Both the position numbers and the translations under genes were made by a program. A stretch of 64,000 bases of DNA from an uncultured Mycoplasmatota bacterium (lineage in GTDB: Bacteria > Bacillota_I > Bacilli_A > RF39 > UBA660), in the NCBI GenBank assembly GCA_900544625.1, contig UQVR01000001.1:29517-93516 (forward strand). Reading direction: 5' to 3'. Every line of letters begins with the position of its first letter. The first letter of the stretch is position 1. The notes below the pieces were generated by a model. The model was not told the origin of the DNA. It saw only the letters and a list, made by a program, of their open reading frames with translations, and ran no database searches. Of the stretch, positions 1 through 10,243 are shown piece by piece.

Positions 1-10
1 TGTAATAGGT

Positions 11-1030
11 TTGACATACAAAACAGTGACAGATGGTAAAGGAAATACAATATCTGGATTTGATATAACAAATAAAAACGGATTAATAACCATTTTAAAT
101 AATAGAGAAATTACTACAGCATCAACAACCGAAGAAACATGGAATGTAACAGTAACATTTGTCAATTATAATTTTAATCAAGCAGAAAATGCTGGTAAAA
201 ATTTTAATGCAGAATTAATTATACAAAAAGACGAAATTCCAACTAGTTTATCTAAAGTTTGTACATCTGGTGATCTTTTGGCTGATTGCATTATTGCTTA
301 TGCAAATAAAAGTTTACCATCAGTGTCAGGTATCTATCATCACGATGCAAATTTAACAAATGGTGCGAATGATAATTCATATAGATTTTCTGGTTCAAGT
401 CCATTGAATTATATTTTAATTAATAAAAATTATTATAGAATAATCGGAGTAATAAATGGAAGAGTAAAGCTTATAAGTCTTGCAACGATTGACAATATGC
501 CTTGGAATAATAGCGCTACAGGCACTTGGGCTCAATCGAGTGTAAATGCTTATTTGAATGACACATATTTAAATCAACTTGGTGATTTAAAAAATAATAT
601 TGATACCACTGTCTGGAAAGTTGGAGAAAATATAAATCATATATTGCATAGTAATCCATATGATACGTATCAAAATGAGGTTATAAAACCAACAGATACT
701 ACAACATATAGTGCAAAAATTGGATTAATGTATGTAAGCGACTATGGATTTGCAGCTCTGTCTAAGGCATGGACGTTATCGATGAGTGATTATAATGATG
801 CTCTAGCAACAAAAAACAATTGGATGTATTTAAAAAAGAATGAATGGACAATTTCATCTTTAAATTTATCAGAAAAATATTATATTAATGCTGCTGGAGG
901 TATTAGAGAAAATGTTGCTCCGGATGATTCAACTTTTTCTATTCGACCAGTCTTTTATCTTTCTTCAAATGTTAAATATCTTGGTGGTTCTGGAATACCT
1001 AGACAACAGCCAATTACAATTTCTTACTAG
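11..1030 (+). CDS. Hypothetical secreted or surface protein, 5'-partial (ORF enters from the window edge); Asn/Thr/Ser-rich
   Basis: Open frame from the window start to TAG at 1028-1030. Composition resembles an extracellular protein and there is no recognisable catalytic motif. The true start probably lies upstream of the window. Confidence 0.4.
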   Translation: MTYKTVTDGKGNTISGFDITNKNGLITILNNREITTASTTEETWNVTVTFVNYNFNQAENAGKNFNAELIIQKDEIPTSLSKVCTSGDLLADCIIAYANKSLPSVSGIYHHDANLTNGANDNSYRFSGSSPLNYILINKNYYRIIGVINGRVKLISLATIDNMPWNNSATGTWAQSSVNAYLNDTYLNQLGDLKNNIDTTVWKVGENINHILHSNPYDTYQNEVIKPTDTTTYSAKIGLMYVSDYGFAALSKAWTLSMSDYNDALATKNNWMYLKKNEWTISSLNLSEKYYINAAGGIRENVAPDDSTFSIRPVFYLSSNVKYLGGSGIPRQQPITISY

Positions 1031-1131
1031 AATTAAATTGTTTTGTGTAAAATAAAGTGCTTTTAAAAATGTACTTTATTTTTCTTTAATTAACTTTGTT
1101 ATTGTGATAAAATATTATTAGGGAGTAAATT

Positions 1132-3966
1132 ATGCATATACCATTAAAAGTAACAACAGATTATACATTATTAAAAAGCTTAATTAAGATGCCTGACTTA
1201 ATTAGTTTTTTGTGTGATAATAAAATTAATGCATGTGGTATATGTGATGAAAATTTATACGGAGTGCTAGACTTTTATTTTAGTTGCAAAAAAAATAATA
1301 TAAAACCCATTATTGGATTAAGTATTAAATTAAATAACTTAGAAGTATGTTTATATGCTATTAATTATGAAGGATATAAAAATTTATTAAAAATACATAC
1401 TTTGAAGGAAAAGAATGAATTAAATGTTTTGAATATAAAAGAATTTTGTAAAAACATATTAGTGATATTACCATATGAAAGTAAAGAATTATATAATGAA
1501 TTTAGTTGTTTTGATGTAATTTTTATTGGGTATAAAACTCAATATGAAAAAATTAATGCTTTGGCTATCACTAAAAATATTGTGTTTTTTAAAGATTTAA
1601 AAGTTTTAAAAAAAGAAGAAGTAAGTTATTTAAAGTATTTAGATATATTAAGAAAAGATAATATTGAAGTAAATAGTGATTGTTGCTATTGTGATGATGT
1701 TAGTGATGAAAATATTGAAAAAATAGTTAATTTGATTAATATAGAAATACCTTTAGATAAAAGATATATACCTAAGTATAGTGATAATTCTTATGAATTG
1801 CTTAAAAATCTTTGTGTTAAAGGCTTAAATAAAAGATTAAATGGCAAAGTAAGTAAAGAATATGTTGATAGATTAAAATATGAGCTTGATGTAATAAATA
1901 AAATGGGGTTTGTAGATTATTTTTTAATTGTTTATGATTATGTTTTGTATGCTAAAAAAAATAATATTTTAGTGGGACCAGGCAGAGGATCTGCGGCAGG
2001 GTCTTTGGTAAGTTATTCAATAGGCATAACAGAGATTGATCCAATTAGTTTTGGGTTGATGTTTGAAAGATTCTTAAATCCAGAGAGAATTACAATGCCT
2101 GATATTGATATAGATTTTGATGCTTATAAAAGAGAACAAGTAATAGATTATGTAAGAAGTAAATATGGAATGAGTAATGTTGCTTTAGGTTTAACTTTTA
2201 CAACTTTTAAAAGTAAATTAGTATTAAGAGAAGTAGGTAAAATGTTAAATATAAGTAATAATTTATTAGATAGTTTTATTAAAAGTATTAATGGAAGTTT
2301 AAGTTTAAAAGATAATTTAAAAAATGAAATTGTAAAAAAATATATTAATAATTATAAAGAAATAAAAAATTTGTATGTTATTTCGATGCATCTTGAAGGT
2401 CTTAAGAAAAATACTTCTACTCATGCTGCTGGTGTTGTAATATCAAGTGAGAAGCTAGATGAAATAATACCAATTCATTGTGAAAATAATACTTTAATTA
2501 CAGGCTGTACAATGGATTATATGGAAAGTATTGGTTTACTTAAGATGGATTTTTTGGCTGTTAAAAATTTAAGTACAATTGCTAATATTCTTGATGTAAT
2601 TGGGCATGATAAACTTAAAAATATTAGCTTAGATGATAAAGAGGTATATAAAATATTTTCTTCTGGAAAAACTGAAGGAATCTTTCAATTTGAAACACCT
2701 TTACTTAGAAGCGTTATAAAAAAAATTGAACCAACATGCTTTCAAGATTTAGTGGCAGGTATTGCTTTGGGTAGACCTGGTGCTATTGATGAAGTTGATA
2801 CATATGTACTTAGAAAAAAAGGTAAAAAAAAGGTAGATTGTATTGATAAAACACTTGCTGTTATCTTAAAAGAAACATATGGTATTATAATCTATCAAGA
2901 ACAGATTATGGCAATACTTAGAGTTGTAGCTGGCTATACTCTTGCAGAAGCAGACTTAATAAGAAGAGCTATATCTAAGAAAAAAGAAAATATTATCAAT
3001 GAAGAAAAAGAAAAGTTTATAAATAAGTCATTAAAAAGAGGTTATAAACTAGATGTAGTTTTAAAAATATATGATTTAATTGTTAAATTTGCAAATTATG
3101 GCTTTAATAAATCTCATTCAGTTGCTTATGCATATATTGCTTATCAAATGGCTTATTTAAAATTTAAATACCCAGAATATTTTATTATAGAAATGATTAA
3201 TGGTAAAGATAGTGATAAAATTAGAGACTCAATTAGTTTTTTGAAAAGTAAAGGTTTTAGAATAATTAAGCCTGATATAAATTTAAGTAAAAATGGATTT
3301 TATGTAAGAAATAAAGATGTTATGATGCCATTTATTCAAGTAAAAGGAATTAATGAAGATGTTGCTAAAAAAATAATTGAAGTAAGAGATATTGGATTTA
3401 AAGATATATTTGATTTTGCATATAAAACTAGGGATTTTATAAATGAAGATATATTTAAAAAGTTAGTTAAAGCAGGCTTGTTTGATACATTTATGATTAA
3501 TCGTCATACTTTAATAGAAAATATGGAAAGTATTATGAATTATGCTAATTTAAGTGATGGAACTGATATAATAAAAAAACCAGTATTAATTGAAGTAAAT
3601 GAGTATGATGAAGTAGATCTTAGAAATGATGAATTGGAAGCATATGGTATGCTTATTAGTAATCATCCTTCAAGTAAATATAAAAATGCAGTTAAGTTAT
3701 GTGAAATAGAAAAAAAATTATTTAAAAATGTAAAATGTATAGTTTTGGTAGATAAAATTAGAAGTATTAAGACTAAAAAGAATGAAGATATGGCATTTAT
3801 GTTATGTAGTGATGAAACTAAGTCTGGAGATTTTACTGTTTTTCCAAATAAATATGAAATAATAAATAATATCCATGAAGGTGATCTTGTGGAAATAATG
3901 GGAAGTGTTTCAAAAAGATTTGACAAAGTGAGTATAATTGTTAATAATATAAAGAAGGTGGTTTAG
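1132..3966 (+). CDS. dnaE: DNA polymerase III alpha subunit, DnaE type (944 aa, compact)
   Basis: GPGRGSAAGSLVSYSIGITEIDPI and PDIDIDF (Pol III alpha palm aspartates) are present, followed by a C-terminal OB-fold-like segment. The N-terminal PHP region is degenerate (HIPLKVTTDYTLL instead of HxHxHSxYSxLDG). A ribosome-binding site GGGAG lies 8 nt upstream. Confidence 0.9.
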   Translation: MHIPLKVTTDYTLLKSLIKMPDLISFLCDNKINACGICDENLYGVLDFYFSCKKNNIKPIIGLSIKLNNLEVCLYAINYEGYKNLLKIHTLKEKNELNVLNIKEFCKNILVILPYESKELYNEFSCFDVIFIGYKTQYEKINALAITKNIVFFKDLKVLKKEEVSYLKYLDILRKDNIEVNSDCCYCDDVSDENIEKIVNLINIEIPLDKRYIPKYSDNSYELLKNLCVKGLNKRLNGKVSKEYVDRLKYELDVINKMGFVDYFLIVYDYVLYAKKNNILVGPGRGSAAGSLVSYSIGITEIDPISFGLMFERFLNPERITMPDIDIDFDAYKREQVIDYVRSKYGMSNVALGLTFTTFKSKLVLREVGKMLNISNNLLDSFIKSINGSLSLKDNLKNEIVKKYINNYKEIKNLYVISMHLEGLKKNTSTHAAGVVISSEKLDEIIPIHCENNTLITGCTMDYMESIGLLKMDFLAVKNLSTIANILDVIGHDKLKNISLDDKEVYKIFSSGKTEGIFQFETPLLRSVIKKIEPTCFQDLVAGIALGRPGAIDEVDTYVLRKKGKKKVDCIDKTLAVILKETYGIIIYQEQIMAILRVVAGYTLAEADLIRRAISKKKENIINEEKEKFINKSLKRGYKLDVVLKIYDLIVKFANYGFNKSHSVAYAYIAYQMAYLKFKYPEYFIIEMINGKDSDKIRDSISFLKSKGFRIIKPDINLSKNGFYVRNKDVMMPFIQVKGINEDVAKKIIEVRDIGFKDIFDFAYKTRDFINEDIFKKLVKAGLFDTFMINRHTLIENMESIMNYANLSDGTDIIKKPVLIEVNEYDEVDLRNDELEAYGMLISNHPSSKYKNAVKLCEIEKKLFKNVKCIVLVDKIRSIKTKKNEDMAFMLCSDETKSGDFTVFPNKYEIINNIHEGDLVEIMGSVSKRFDKVSIIVNNIKKVV

Positions 3967-6900
3967 ATGAGCGAAGAATTAAATAGATTTTTTAAGAGTA
4001 TTTCTTTTAATGATGATGCATTTAATGAAGCATTATTAGATAGAGTTGTTTTTAAAAAAGGGGAAAATAAATTTTTAGTATATATAAAAAATAAAAATGT
4101 GTTGCCAGTTGGTAGTGTAAATAGATTGTTTTTGTGTGCTATGAATGGAATAAATGGAGAAAAAAACTGTGATATAAATATTAGTTATGATGAAGTAACA
4201 AATGAAGATATAATATCATATTTAGATTATTTGATAAATGATATTATATTAAAAAGACCATCTTTAATAAGTGTTAAAAAAAGTAGTATTGAAGTAATAG
4301 ATAATACTATATATTTTCATGTATTAAATGATTTTGAAAGAAGTGATTTATTACATGAATCAAAAGGAATCCTTAATAATTTAAATAGATATGGATTAGG
4401 TAATTTTAATATTGAAGTAAATATAAGTGAAGATGAAAGAAAAAATATTCAAGAAGAAATAGAATTAGAAAAACAAAGTGTATCATCTAAGAAAGAAGAA
4501 GAAAGTCCCATTATTTTAGGAGTACATAAAGATGGCGATGTAATAAAATTAAATAATATTTTGGGAGAAATGAAAAATATTATTGTGGAAGTATATATAT
4601 TTCAAAAAGAAGTGACAGAAAGGCAAGGAAAAAAAGGCCCAGTATTTATCATGAATATGAAAGTTAGTGATAAAACTGATAGTTATTTAATGAAACTGGT
4701 TAGGTTTAATGAAGAAGAGTTTGCTCATTTAAATAAAAAGCTAAATGTAGGCTCTTGGTATAGAGTTCATGGACATATGGAAATGGATGAATATTTACAT
4801 CAAATGGTTATTAATGCAAGAAATATTGAAATAATTCCATCTAAGGATGTAAGTGTTAAAGATGATTGTAAAGAAAAAAGAGTGGAACTTCATGCTCATA
4901 CAATGATGAGTATGATGGATGGTGTAGTTCCAACTGCAGGTCTTGCTAAATTTGCTATGAAACTTGGACATAAAGCCGTTGCTGTAACCGATCATAATTC
5001 ATTACAGGCTTATCCAGATATATATAACGCTTTGCAAAAAGCTAATAAGGGTAAAGAGGATGCTGATAAATTTAAAGCCTTATACGGAGCAGAACTTAAT
5101 GTTGTTGATGTTGAGTCTAATATAGTTTTTAAAAATAAAGAATATCCTTTGTTTGACCAAGAATATGTTGTGTATGATACTGAAACTACGGGGTTAAATA
5201 GTGGTGTTGATCAAATGATTGAAATCGGGGCAGTTAAAGTAAAAAATGATGAAATTATTGATAGGTTTGATGAGTTAATTGCTTGTCCAACACCTTTACC
5301 TAAGATTATAACAGAACTTACTAATATTACTGATGAAATGTTAGTGGGAAAAGATTCAGAAGAAAATGTAACCAAAAGGTTTTTAGAATTTTGCGGAGAT
5401 TTGCCTTTAGTTGCTCATAATGCTCAATTTGATATTTCTTTTGTAGCAAGTGCATGTAAAAAATATAATCTAGGCGAATTTAATAATACGGTTGTAGACA
5501 CTATGGGACTTGCTAGAAACATGTATCCAACATGGAGAAATCATAAGTTATCTACTTTGGTTAAAAATCTAGAAGTTGAATGGGATGAAGATAAACATCA
5601 TAGAGCAGATTATGACTGCGAAGGAACTAGTAAATGTTTTTATAAAATGCTATATGAATTAAAGCGTCAAAATATTAATACCACGATAGATTTAGAAACT
5701 TTAGCAGATAAAGAAAATGCTATTAAATTTGCTAGACCTTTTCATTTAACTGTAATTGCTAAAAACCCTGTGGGATTAAAAAACTTATTTAAGATAATTA
5801 GTTTAGCTAATACAAAATACTTATTTAAGGGTAAAGATGCTAAGATTCCTCGGACTGATTTGATAAGTTTGCGTGATGGGTTAATCGTTGGTAGTGGTTG
5901 TGTTAATGGTGAAGTTTTTGATAAGGGCTACGGTATGAGTGATGATGACTTAAAAGATTTAATGAATTTTTATGATTATATTGAGGTTCAACCAGCTTCT
6001 GTTTGTTCACATTTAATTGGAGAAGATAAAAAATTTCATAGTGTAATGGAATATAATGGTTACGTTTCAAGATTAGTTAAACTTGCTAAAAGTATAGGAA
6101 AACTAGTTTGTGCAACCGGGGATGTTCATAATTTAAGACCGGAAGATTTAATTTATCGTAAAGTCATTGTTCATCAAAAAACTAATGGTAAAATTCATCC
6201 TTTAAATAGAGAAGGGATTGAACTACCTAATATGTATTTTATGACTACTGAGGAAATGCTTGATGCATTTTCATTTCTAGGTGAAGATTTAGCTAAAGAA
6301 ATAGTTATTACAAACACAAATAAAATTGCTGATATGGTTGAACATTTACAAATAATTAGAGATAAATTGTATACCCCAGTTTTGGAAAATAGTGCAGAAG
6401 TAACTAAAGAAATGGTTTATAATAAAGCACATGAAATATATGGTAATCCCCTTCCTAAAAATATTGAAGAAAGGTTGGAAGCGGAACTTGCAGGTATCAT
6501 TGGTGGTGGGTATGATGTTATTTATCTAATTGCTGAAAAATTGGTTAAAAAATCAAATGAAGATGGATATTTTGTAGGTTCTCGTGGATCTGTTGGTTCA
6601 AGCTTAGTTGCTACGATGATGGGAATAACTGAAGTTAATGGACTTCCTCCACATTATGTTTGTCCAAATTGTAAGAAATCTTATTTTGAAGACGAAGCTG
6701 GTGAGAGTCTGGCAAGCCTTTATCCGTCAGGTTATGATATGCCTGATAGGACTTGTAAATGTGGTACAAAACTAAAAAAAGAAGGACAAGATATGCCATT
6801 TGCAACATTCTTGGGATTTAAAGCTGAAAAAGTTCCAGACATCGACCTTAATTTTTCAGGGGATAATCAAGCTGATGCTCATAACCATGTAAAGGTATTA

Positions 6901-8280
6901 TTTGGTGAAGATCATGCTTATCGTGCAGGAACTATTTCAACAGTTGCTGAAAAAACTGCATTTGGTTATGTAAAAGCATATTGTGAAGATAAAGGTATTA
7001 TTTTAAATAATACGGAAATCGAAAGAATTTCTATTGGGTGTACGGGAGTAAAAAGAACAACAGGTCAACATCCCGGAGGTATTATTGTTATTCCTCAGTA
7101 TATGGATGTATTTGATTTTACACCATATCAATATCCAGCGGATGAACCTGATAGTACATGGTATACAACACATTTTGATTTCCATGCTATTCATGATAAT
7201 GTTTTAAAACTTGATATACTTGGACACGATGATCCAACAATGCTTAGATATCTAGGAGATACTACAGGTATTGATATCAAAAATGAAATACCTTTTGATG
7301 ATAAAAATATTATTAGTTTATTTACATCACCGAAGGCACTTGGGGTAACGGAAGAACAAATATTGTGTAAAACTGGTACACTTGGTATTCCTGAGTTTGG
7401 TACAAACTTTGCTATTAATATGCTTTTGGAGATTAAACCAACTCATTTTGCAGATTTAGTTAAGATTGCAGGTTTATCACATGGTACCAATGTATGGCAA
7501 GGTAATGTGCGTGATTTGATTGTTAATAATGTTGCATCATTTAATGAAGTTGTAGGTTGTCGTGATGATATTATGGTTAGTTTAATTAACTATGGACTTG
7601 ATCCATCTAGAGCCTTCAAGATATCTGAGTTTGTTCGTAAAGGAAAAGCCAAAAAAGAACCCGAGACTTGGAATGAACATGTTGCATATATGAGAGAATT
7701 TAGTGTACCAGAATGGTTCATTGAATGCTGTAGAAAAATAGAGTACATGTTTCCAAAAGCTCACGCTTGTGCTTATGTTATGATGGCATATCGTGTTGCA
7801 TGGTTTAAAGTTTATTATCCTTTATATTATTATTCAGCTTATTTTAGTATTAGAAGAAGTGACTTTGATGTTAATGCAATGCTTAAAGGATATGATGGAA
7901 TAAAACGCAGACTTATTGAAATAAAGGAAAAAGGCTTTGGCGCATCTGCGAAAGAGTCTGCAGTGGGTGATACACTAGCAGTTGCTTTAGAAATGCTTGC
8001 TCGAGGTTTTTCATTTAAGAATATTGATATTACTAAGTCATTAGCTAAAACATTCTATATTGATGAAGAAAATAAATGCTTATATTTACCTTTTATGGCA
8101 TTAGATGGTTTAGGAGAAAACGTTGCAAATAAAATAATTGAAGAAAGAGAAAAGAAACCGTTTTATTGTGTTGAAGACTTCCAAAATCGTGGAAAAGTTA
8201 ATCAAACTACTATCAATGCTTTAAAGGAATTAGGTGTTTTTGAAGGAATGCCTGAATCTGCTCAACTTAGTTTATTTTAG
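3967..8280 (+). CDS. polC: DNA polymerase III PolC (Gram-positive replicative polymerase with 3'-5' exonuclease)
   Basis: The 1437 aa product has the exonuclease motif YVVYDTETTGL...HNAQFDISF, a PHP domain HAHTMMSMMDGV, a Zn-finger CPNCKKSY...CKCG and the polymerase core PDIDLNFSGD. Its ATG follows the dnaE TAG directly. Confidence 0.95.
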   Translation: MSEELNRFFKSISFNDDAFNEALLDRVVFKKGENKFLVYIKNKNVLPVGSVNRLFLCAMNGINGEKNCDINISYDEVTNEDIISYLDYLINDIILKRPSLISVKKSSIEVIDNTIYFHVLNDFERSDLLHESKGILNNLNRYGLGNFNIEVNISEDERKNIQEEIELEKQSVSSKKEEESPIILGVHKDGDVIKLNNILGEMKNIIVEVYIFQKEVTERQGKKGPVFIMNMKVSDKTDSYLMKLVRFNEEEFAHLNKKLNVGSWYRVHGHMEMDEYLHQMVINARNIEIIPSKDVSVKDDCKEKRVELHAHTMMSMMDGVVPTAGLAKFAMKLGHKAVAVTDHNSLQAYPDIYNALQKANKGKEDADKFKALYGAELNVVDVESNIVFKNKEYPLFDQEYVVYDTETTGLNSGVDQMIEIGAVKVKNDEIIDRFDELIACPTPLPKIITELTNITDEMLVGKDSEENVTKRFLEFCGDLPLVAHNAQFDISFVASACKKYNLGEFNNTVVDTMGLARNMYPTWRNHKLSTLVKNLEVEWDEDKHHRADYDCEGTSKCFYKMLYELKRQNINTTIDLETLADKENAIKFARPFHLTVIAKNPVGLKNLFKIISLANTKYLFKGKDAKIPRTDLISLRDGLIVGSGCVNGEVFDKGYGMSDDDLKDLMNFYDYIEVQPASVCSHLIGEDKKFHSVMEYNGYVSRLVKLAKSIGKLVCATGDVHNLRPEDLIYRKVIVHQKTNGKIHPLNREGIELPNMYFMTTEEMLDAFSFLGEDLAKEIVITNTNKIADMVEHLQIIRDKLYTPVLENSAEVTKEMVYNKAHEIYGNPLPKNIEERLEAELAGIIGGGYDVIYLIAEKLVKKSNEDGYFVGSRGSVGSSLVATMMGITEVNGLPPHYVCPNCKKSYFEDEAGESLASLYPSGYDMPDRTCKCGTKLKKEGQDMPFATFLGFKAEKVPDIDLNFSGDNQADAHNHVKVLFGEDHAYRAGTISTVAEKTAFGYVKAYCEDKGIILNNTEIERISIGCTGVKRTTGQHPGGIIVIPQYMDVFDFTPYQYPADEPDSTWYTTHFDFHAIHDNVLKLDILGHDDPTMLRYLGDTTGIDIKNEIPFDDKNIISLFTSPKALGVTEEQILCKTGTLGIPEFGTNFAINMLLEIKPTHFADLVKIAGLSHGTNVWQGNVRDLIVNNVASFNEVVGCRDDIMVSLINYGLDPSRAFKISEFVRKGKAKKEPETWNEHVAYMREFSVPEWFIECCRKIEYMFPKAHACAYVMMAYRVAWFKVYYPLYYYSAYFSIRRSDFDVNAMLKGYDGIKRRLIEIKEKGFGASAKESAVGDTLAVALEMLARGFSFKNIDITKSLAKTFYIDEENKCLYLPFMALDGLGENVANKIIEEREKKPFYCVEDFQNRGKVNQTTINALKELGVFEGMPESAQLSLF

Positions 8281-8328
8281 ATAAATCAAGGAAAAACCAG
8301 TCTGTCTTTTGTAGTTTTGAAAGAAAAA

Positions 8329-8360
8329 TTTGACAAGCGTTGTCGATTATGTTATAATTT
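8329..8360 (+). promoter_or_regulatory. Sigma-A-like promoter (TTGACA-17-TATAAT), first of two in tandem
   Basis: Sequence tttgacaagcgttgtcgattatgttataatt. Confidence 0.45.
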
Positions 8361-8407
8361 AGCTCCAATGTGGAAATACTATGAACAATATGATAAATTT
8401 ACACAAA

Positions 8408-8440
8408 TTTGACAAAAAATGTAGTTTGTGGTATAATGTA
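8408..8440 (+). promoter_or_regulatory. Sigma-A-like promoter (TTGACA-17-TATAAT), second of two in tandem
   Basis: Sequence tttgacaaaaaatgtagtttgtggtataatg, followed by the ribosome-binding site AGGGGG and ATG at 8471. Confidence 0.5.
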
Positions 8441-8470
8441 ATTGTTCGAGTAATTAGGGGGTATGGAAAA

Positions 8471-8890
8471 ATGAAAGGATATGTTTTAGAATACGTCTGT
8501 GAAAATGAATTTAAAAAACTAGAAAGAGCGTTAAAGAAGTATAATATGTTAGCGTTTAAGAAATTGAATTTTGATTATTATCCTGCTTTAAGAAATGGTA
8601 ACTTTGTTGGGGAATTAATTTCAGTAAATAAAAAAAATGGTACTGAAACTTATGAACTTAAATTACCAAGTGATAAGATGTTTGCTCAAATTCATGGCGA
8701 AGTTAAATTAGTTTATACTGTTCATAAAAAAGACGAAGTTGTTGTTTTGGAAACTATTACACCATCTGATATTTTATTAGAAGGTCATAGATCTGAACTT
8801 ACAACTTATAAAGGAATTATGATTTCTAAAGCTAATGCTTCAAAAGATATGTTTAAGATTGATTTACTTAATATGTTACAAGATAAATAA
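8471..8890 (+). CDS. Hypothetical protein (139 aa). The start was moved from the ORF-track TTG/ATG at 8381 to the ATG at 8471.
   Basis: The ribosome-binding site AGGGGG lies 7 nt upstream of ATG 8471. The segment upstream of 8471 carries two promoters rather than coding sequence. The core VKLVYTVHKKDEVVVLETI...GHR faintly recalls the RelE/ParE fold, but this is unproven. Confidence 0.5.
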   Translation: MKGYVLEYVCENEFKKLERALKKYNMLAFKKLNFDYYPALRNGNFVGELISVNKKNGTETYELKLPSDKMFAQIHGEVKLVYTVHKKDEVVVLETITPSDILLEGHRSELTTYKGIMISKANASKDMFKIDLLNMLQDK

Positions 8891-8898
8891 TTGTTTAT

Positions 8899-8940
8899 AA
8901 AACTTAAGCTTCGGGGGTTGCTTAAGTTTTTTGTGTTTTT
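8899..8940 (+). terminator. Rho-independent terminator
   Basis: AACTTAAGC-ttcgggggtt-GCTTAAGTT followed by a T-run. Confidence 0.7.
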
Positions 8941-8954
8941 TATTAAAAAATACT

Positions 8955-8983
8955 TGTCAGAATAAAAATTTTGTGATAATATT
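8955..8983 (+). promoter_or_regulatory. Putative promoter for the tRNA pair (TTGTCA-17-TAATAT)
   Basis: Sequence ttgtcagaataaaaattttgtgataatat, 12 nt upstream of the first tRNA. Confidence 0.4.
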
Positions 8984-8994
8984 AATATTGTCAT

Positions 8995-9071
8995 GGACCT
9001 CTAGCTCAGTTGGTTAGAGCCCTCGGCTCATAACCGAGTTGTCATAGGTTCGAGTCCTATGAGGTCCACCA
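8995..9071 (+). tRNA. tRNA with anticodon CAU; the 5' end GGACC and overall sequence resemble Bacillus tRNA-Ile2 (lysidine) more than elongator Met. Encoded CCA.
   Basis: Cloverleaf: acceptor GGACCTC/GAGGTCC, D arm AGCTCAGTTGGTTAGAGC, anticodon stem CTCGG-CTCATAA-CCGAG, T arm GGTTCGAGTCC. Confidence 0.85.
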
Positions 9072-9077
9072 TTTTAG

Positions 9078-9162
9078 GCAAGCGTGGCGGAACTGGTAGA
9101 CGCGCTAGACTTAGGATCTAGTGGAATATTCCGTGGGGGTTCAAGTCCCTTCGCTTGCACCA
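9078..9162 (+). tRNA. tRNA-Leu (anticodon UAG), type II with a long variable arm, encoded CCA
   Basis: Acceptor GCAAGCG/CGCTTGC, anticodon stem CTAGA-CTTAGGA-TCTAG, variable arm TGGAATATTCCGT, T arm GGGGGTTCAAGTCCC. Confidence 0.85.
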
Positions 9163-9232
9163 ATATTGAAATTAAGCTCGAATGAATAATTCGGGCTTTA
9201 TTGTATATAAAAAATATAAAGGGAGAATTTGT

Positions 9233-10210
9233 ATGGGATTATTTGATAAAGTTAAATATTATTTTTTTACCATTAAGGAAAATAAAAGATATAAGAAAAT
9301 AAAGTCTTGTAATTTACCATATCCTTTTTGGAATAAGAAAAGACAAACCTTTGAGTGGGTGAGATATTCTAAAGATTATAAATGTTATTGTGTGGAGCCA
9401 AGTTTAGTTTATTCTATTGGTGAAGTTGCAAGAACTGGGGTTACATATCATTATAAAGCAAAACTTTATGGAAGAGAGTTTCCTACCCAAACAATAAAAT
9501 ATAGATTGATGGTTAATCATTGTCATAGTTTTGAGGAAGTTGTCAAGGCTTTATATGATTATCCGGAAACATTCTCTGTTCCTGATGAATTTTTGGATGA
9601 ATATAGTAAACAAGAATTATCTTATATAAAGGATATTAAAAATTATTTGCTTTTAATTGGGTTAAAGGATATTAAAGAAAGTAAAGAAAGAAAATTGCTA
9701 GATGAAAAATGGGATATTATTTATAATAAAAAACATAAGAATATTAAAGACAGAATTTTTATGATGACTTATTCAAAAAGATGGAAAAAATTAGAACGTG
9801 AAGAATATTTGGAAAGATATTCAAATCCAAAGGTTTTAGAATTCTCTTCTGATCGTCATTTGGATTTTAATAATGAAAATATAGCTAACGCTATAATAAA
9901 TGGAGAAAAGAATTATAAAATAAGTGTAAAATATTCTTTCTTGCCAGCAGTAAAGGGTATAAAATATTTAGTTTCTTATGATGGCAAATATTTAGGAATC
10001 GTACAAGTTGTAGATGAAAAAGTAATTAAATTTAAAGACTTAAGTGAAGATATGGTAAATTATAAATTAACTGGTTTTAAAAGTTTTAAAGAATATAAAA
10101 ATAGTATGAAAAAAGATTTTATAGAAGATGGTAAGATATATAATGAAGAGTTTACAGATGAATCTTTAATTTGTTATGAAACTATAAAAGTAATAGAAAG
10201 ATTCAAGTAA
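9233..10210 (+). CDS. Hypothetical protein, possible C-terminal ASCH-like domain (start at ATG 9233 rather than 9182)
   Basis: The ribosome-binding site AAAGGGAG lies upstream of ATG 9233. The C-terminal segment NGEKNYKISV...GIVQVVDEKVIKFKDL resembles the ASCH GxK core; this is weak. Confidence 0.5.
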   Translation: MGLFDKVKYYFFTIKENKRYKKIKSCNLPYPFWNKKRQTFEWVRYSKDYKCYCVEPSLVYSIGEVARTGVTYHYKAKLYGREFPTQTIKYRLMVNHCHSFEEVVKALYDYPETFSVPDEFLDEYSKQELSYIKDIKNYLLLIGLKDIKESKERKLLDEKWDIIYNKKHKNIKDRIFMMTYSKRWKKLEREEYLERYSNPKVLEFSSDRHLDFNNENIANAIINGEKNYKISVKYSFLPAVKGIKYLVSYDGKYLGIVQVVDEKVIKFKDLSEDMVNYKLTGFKSFKEYKNSMKKDFIEDGKIYNEEFTDESLICYETIKVIERFK

Positions 10211-10213
10211 AAA

Positions 10214-10243
10214 AACAGTGAAAAAATCACTGCTTTTTTTTGG
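10214..10243 (+). terminator. Rho-independent terminator
   Basis: CAGTGA-aaaaa-TCACTG followed by T8. Confidence 0.7.

Noticed and set aside
3663-3926. Minus-strand 87 aa ORF inside dnaE
   Set aside because: Antisense to a strongly supported gene, low-complexity Ile/Leu/Phe-rich, and has no ribosome-binding site.
4795-7764. Three short minus-strand ORFs (4795-4995, 7003-7194, 7582-7764) inside polC
   Set aside because: Embedded antisense in polC. These are typical AT-rich spurious frames.
8381-8470. ORF-track N-terminal extension of the 8381-8890 ORF
   Set aside because: The extension would be translated across a consensus promoter. The ribosome-binding site AGGGGG supports ATG 8471 instead.
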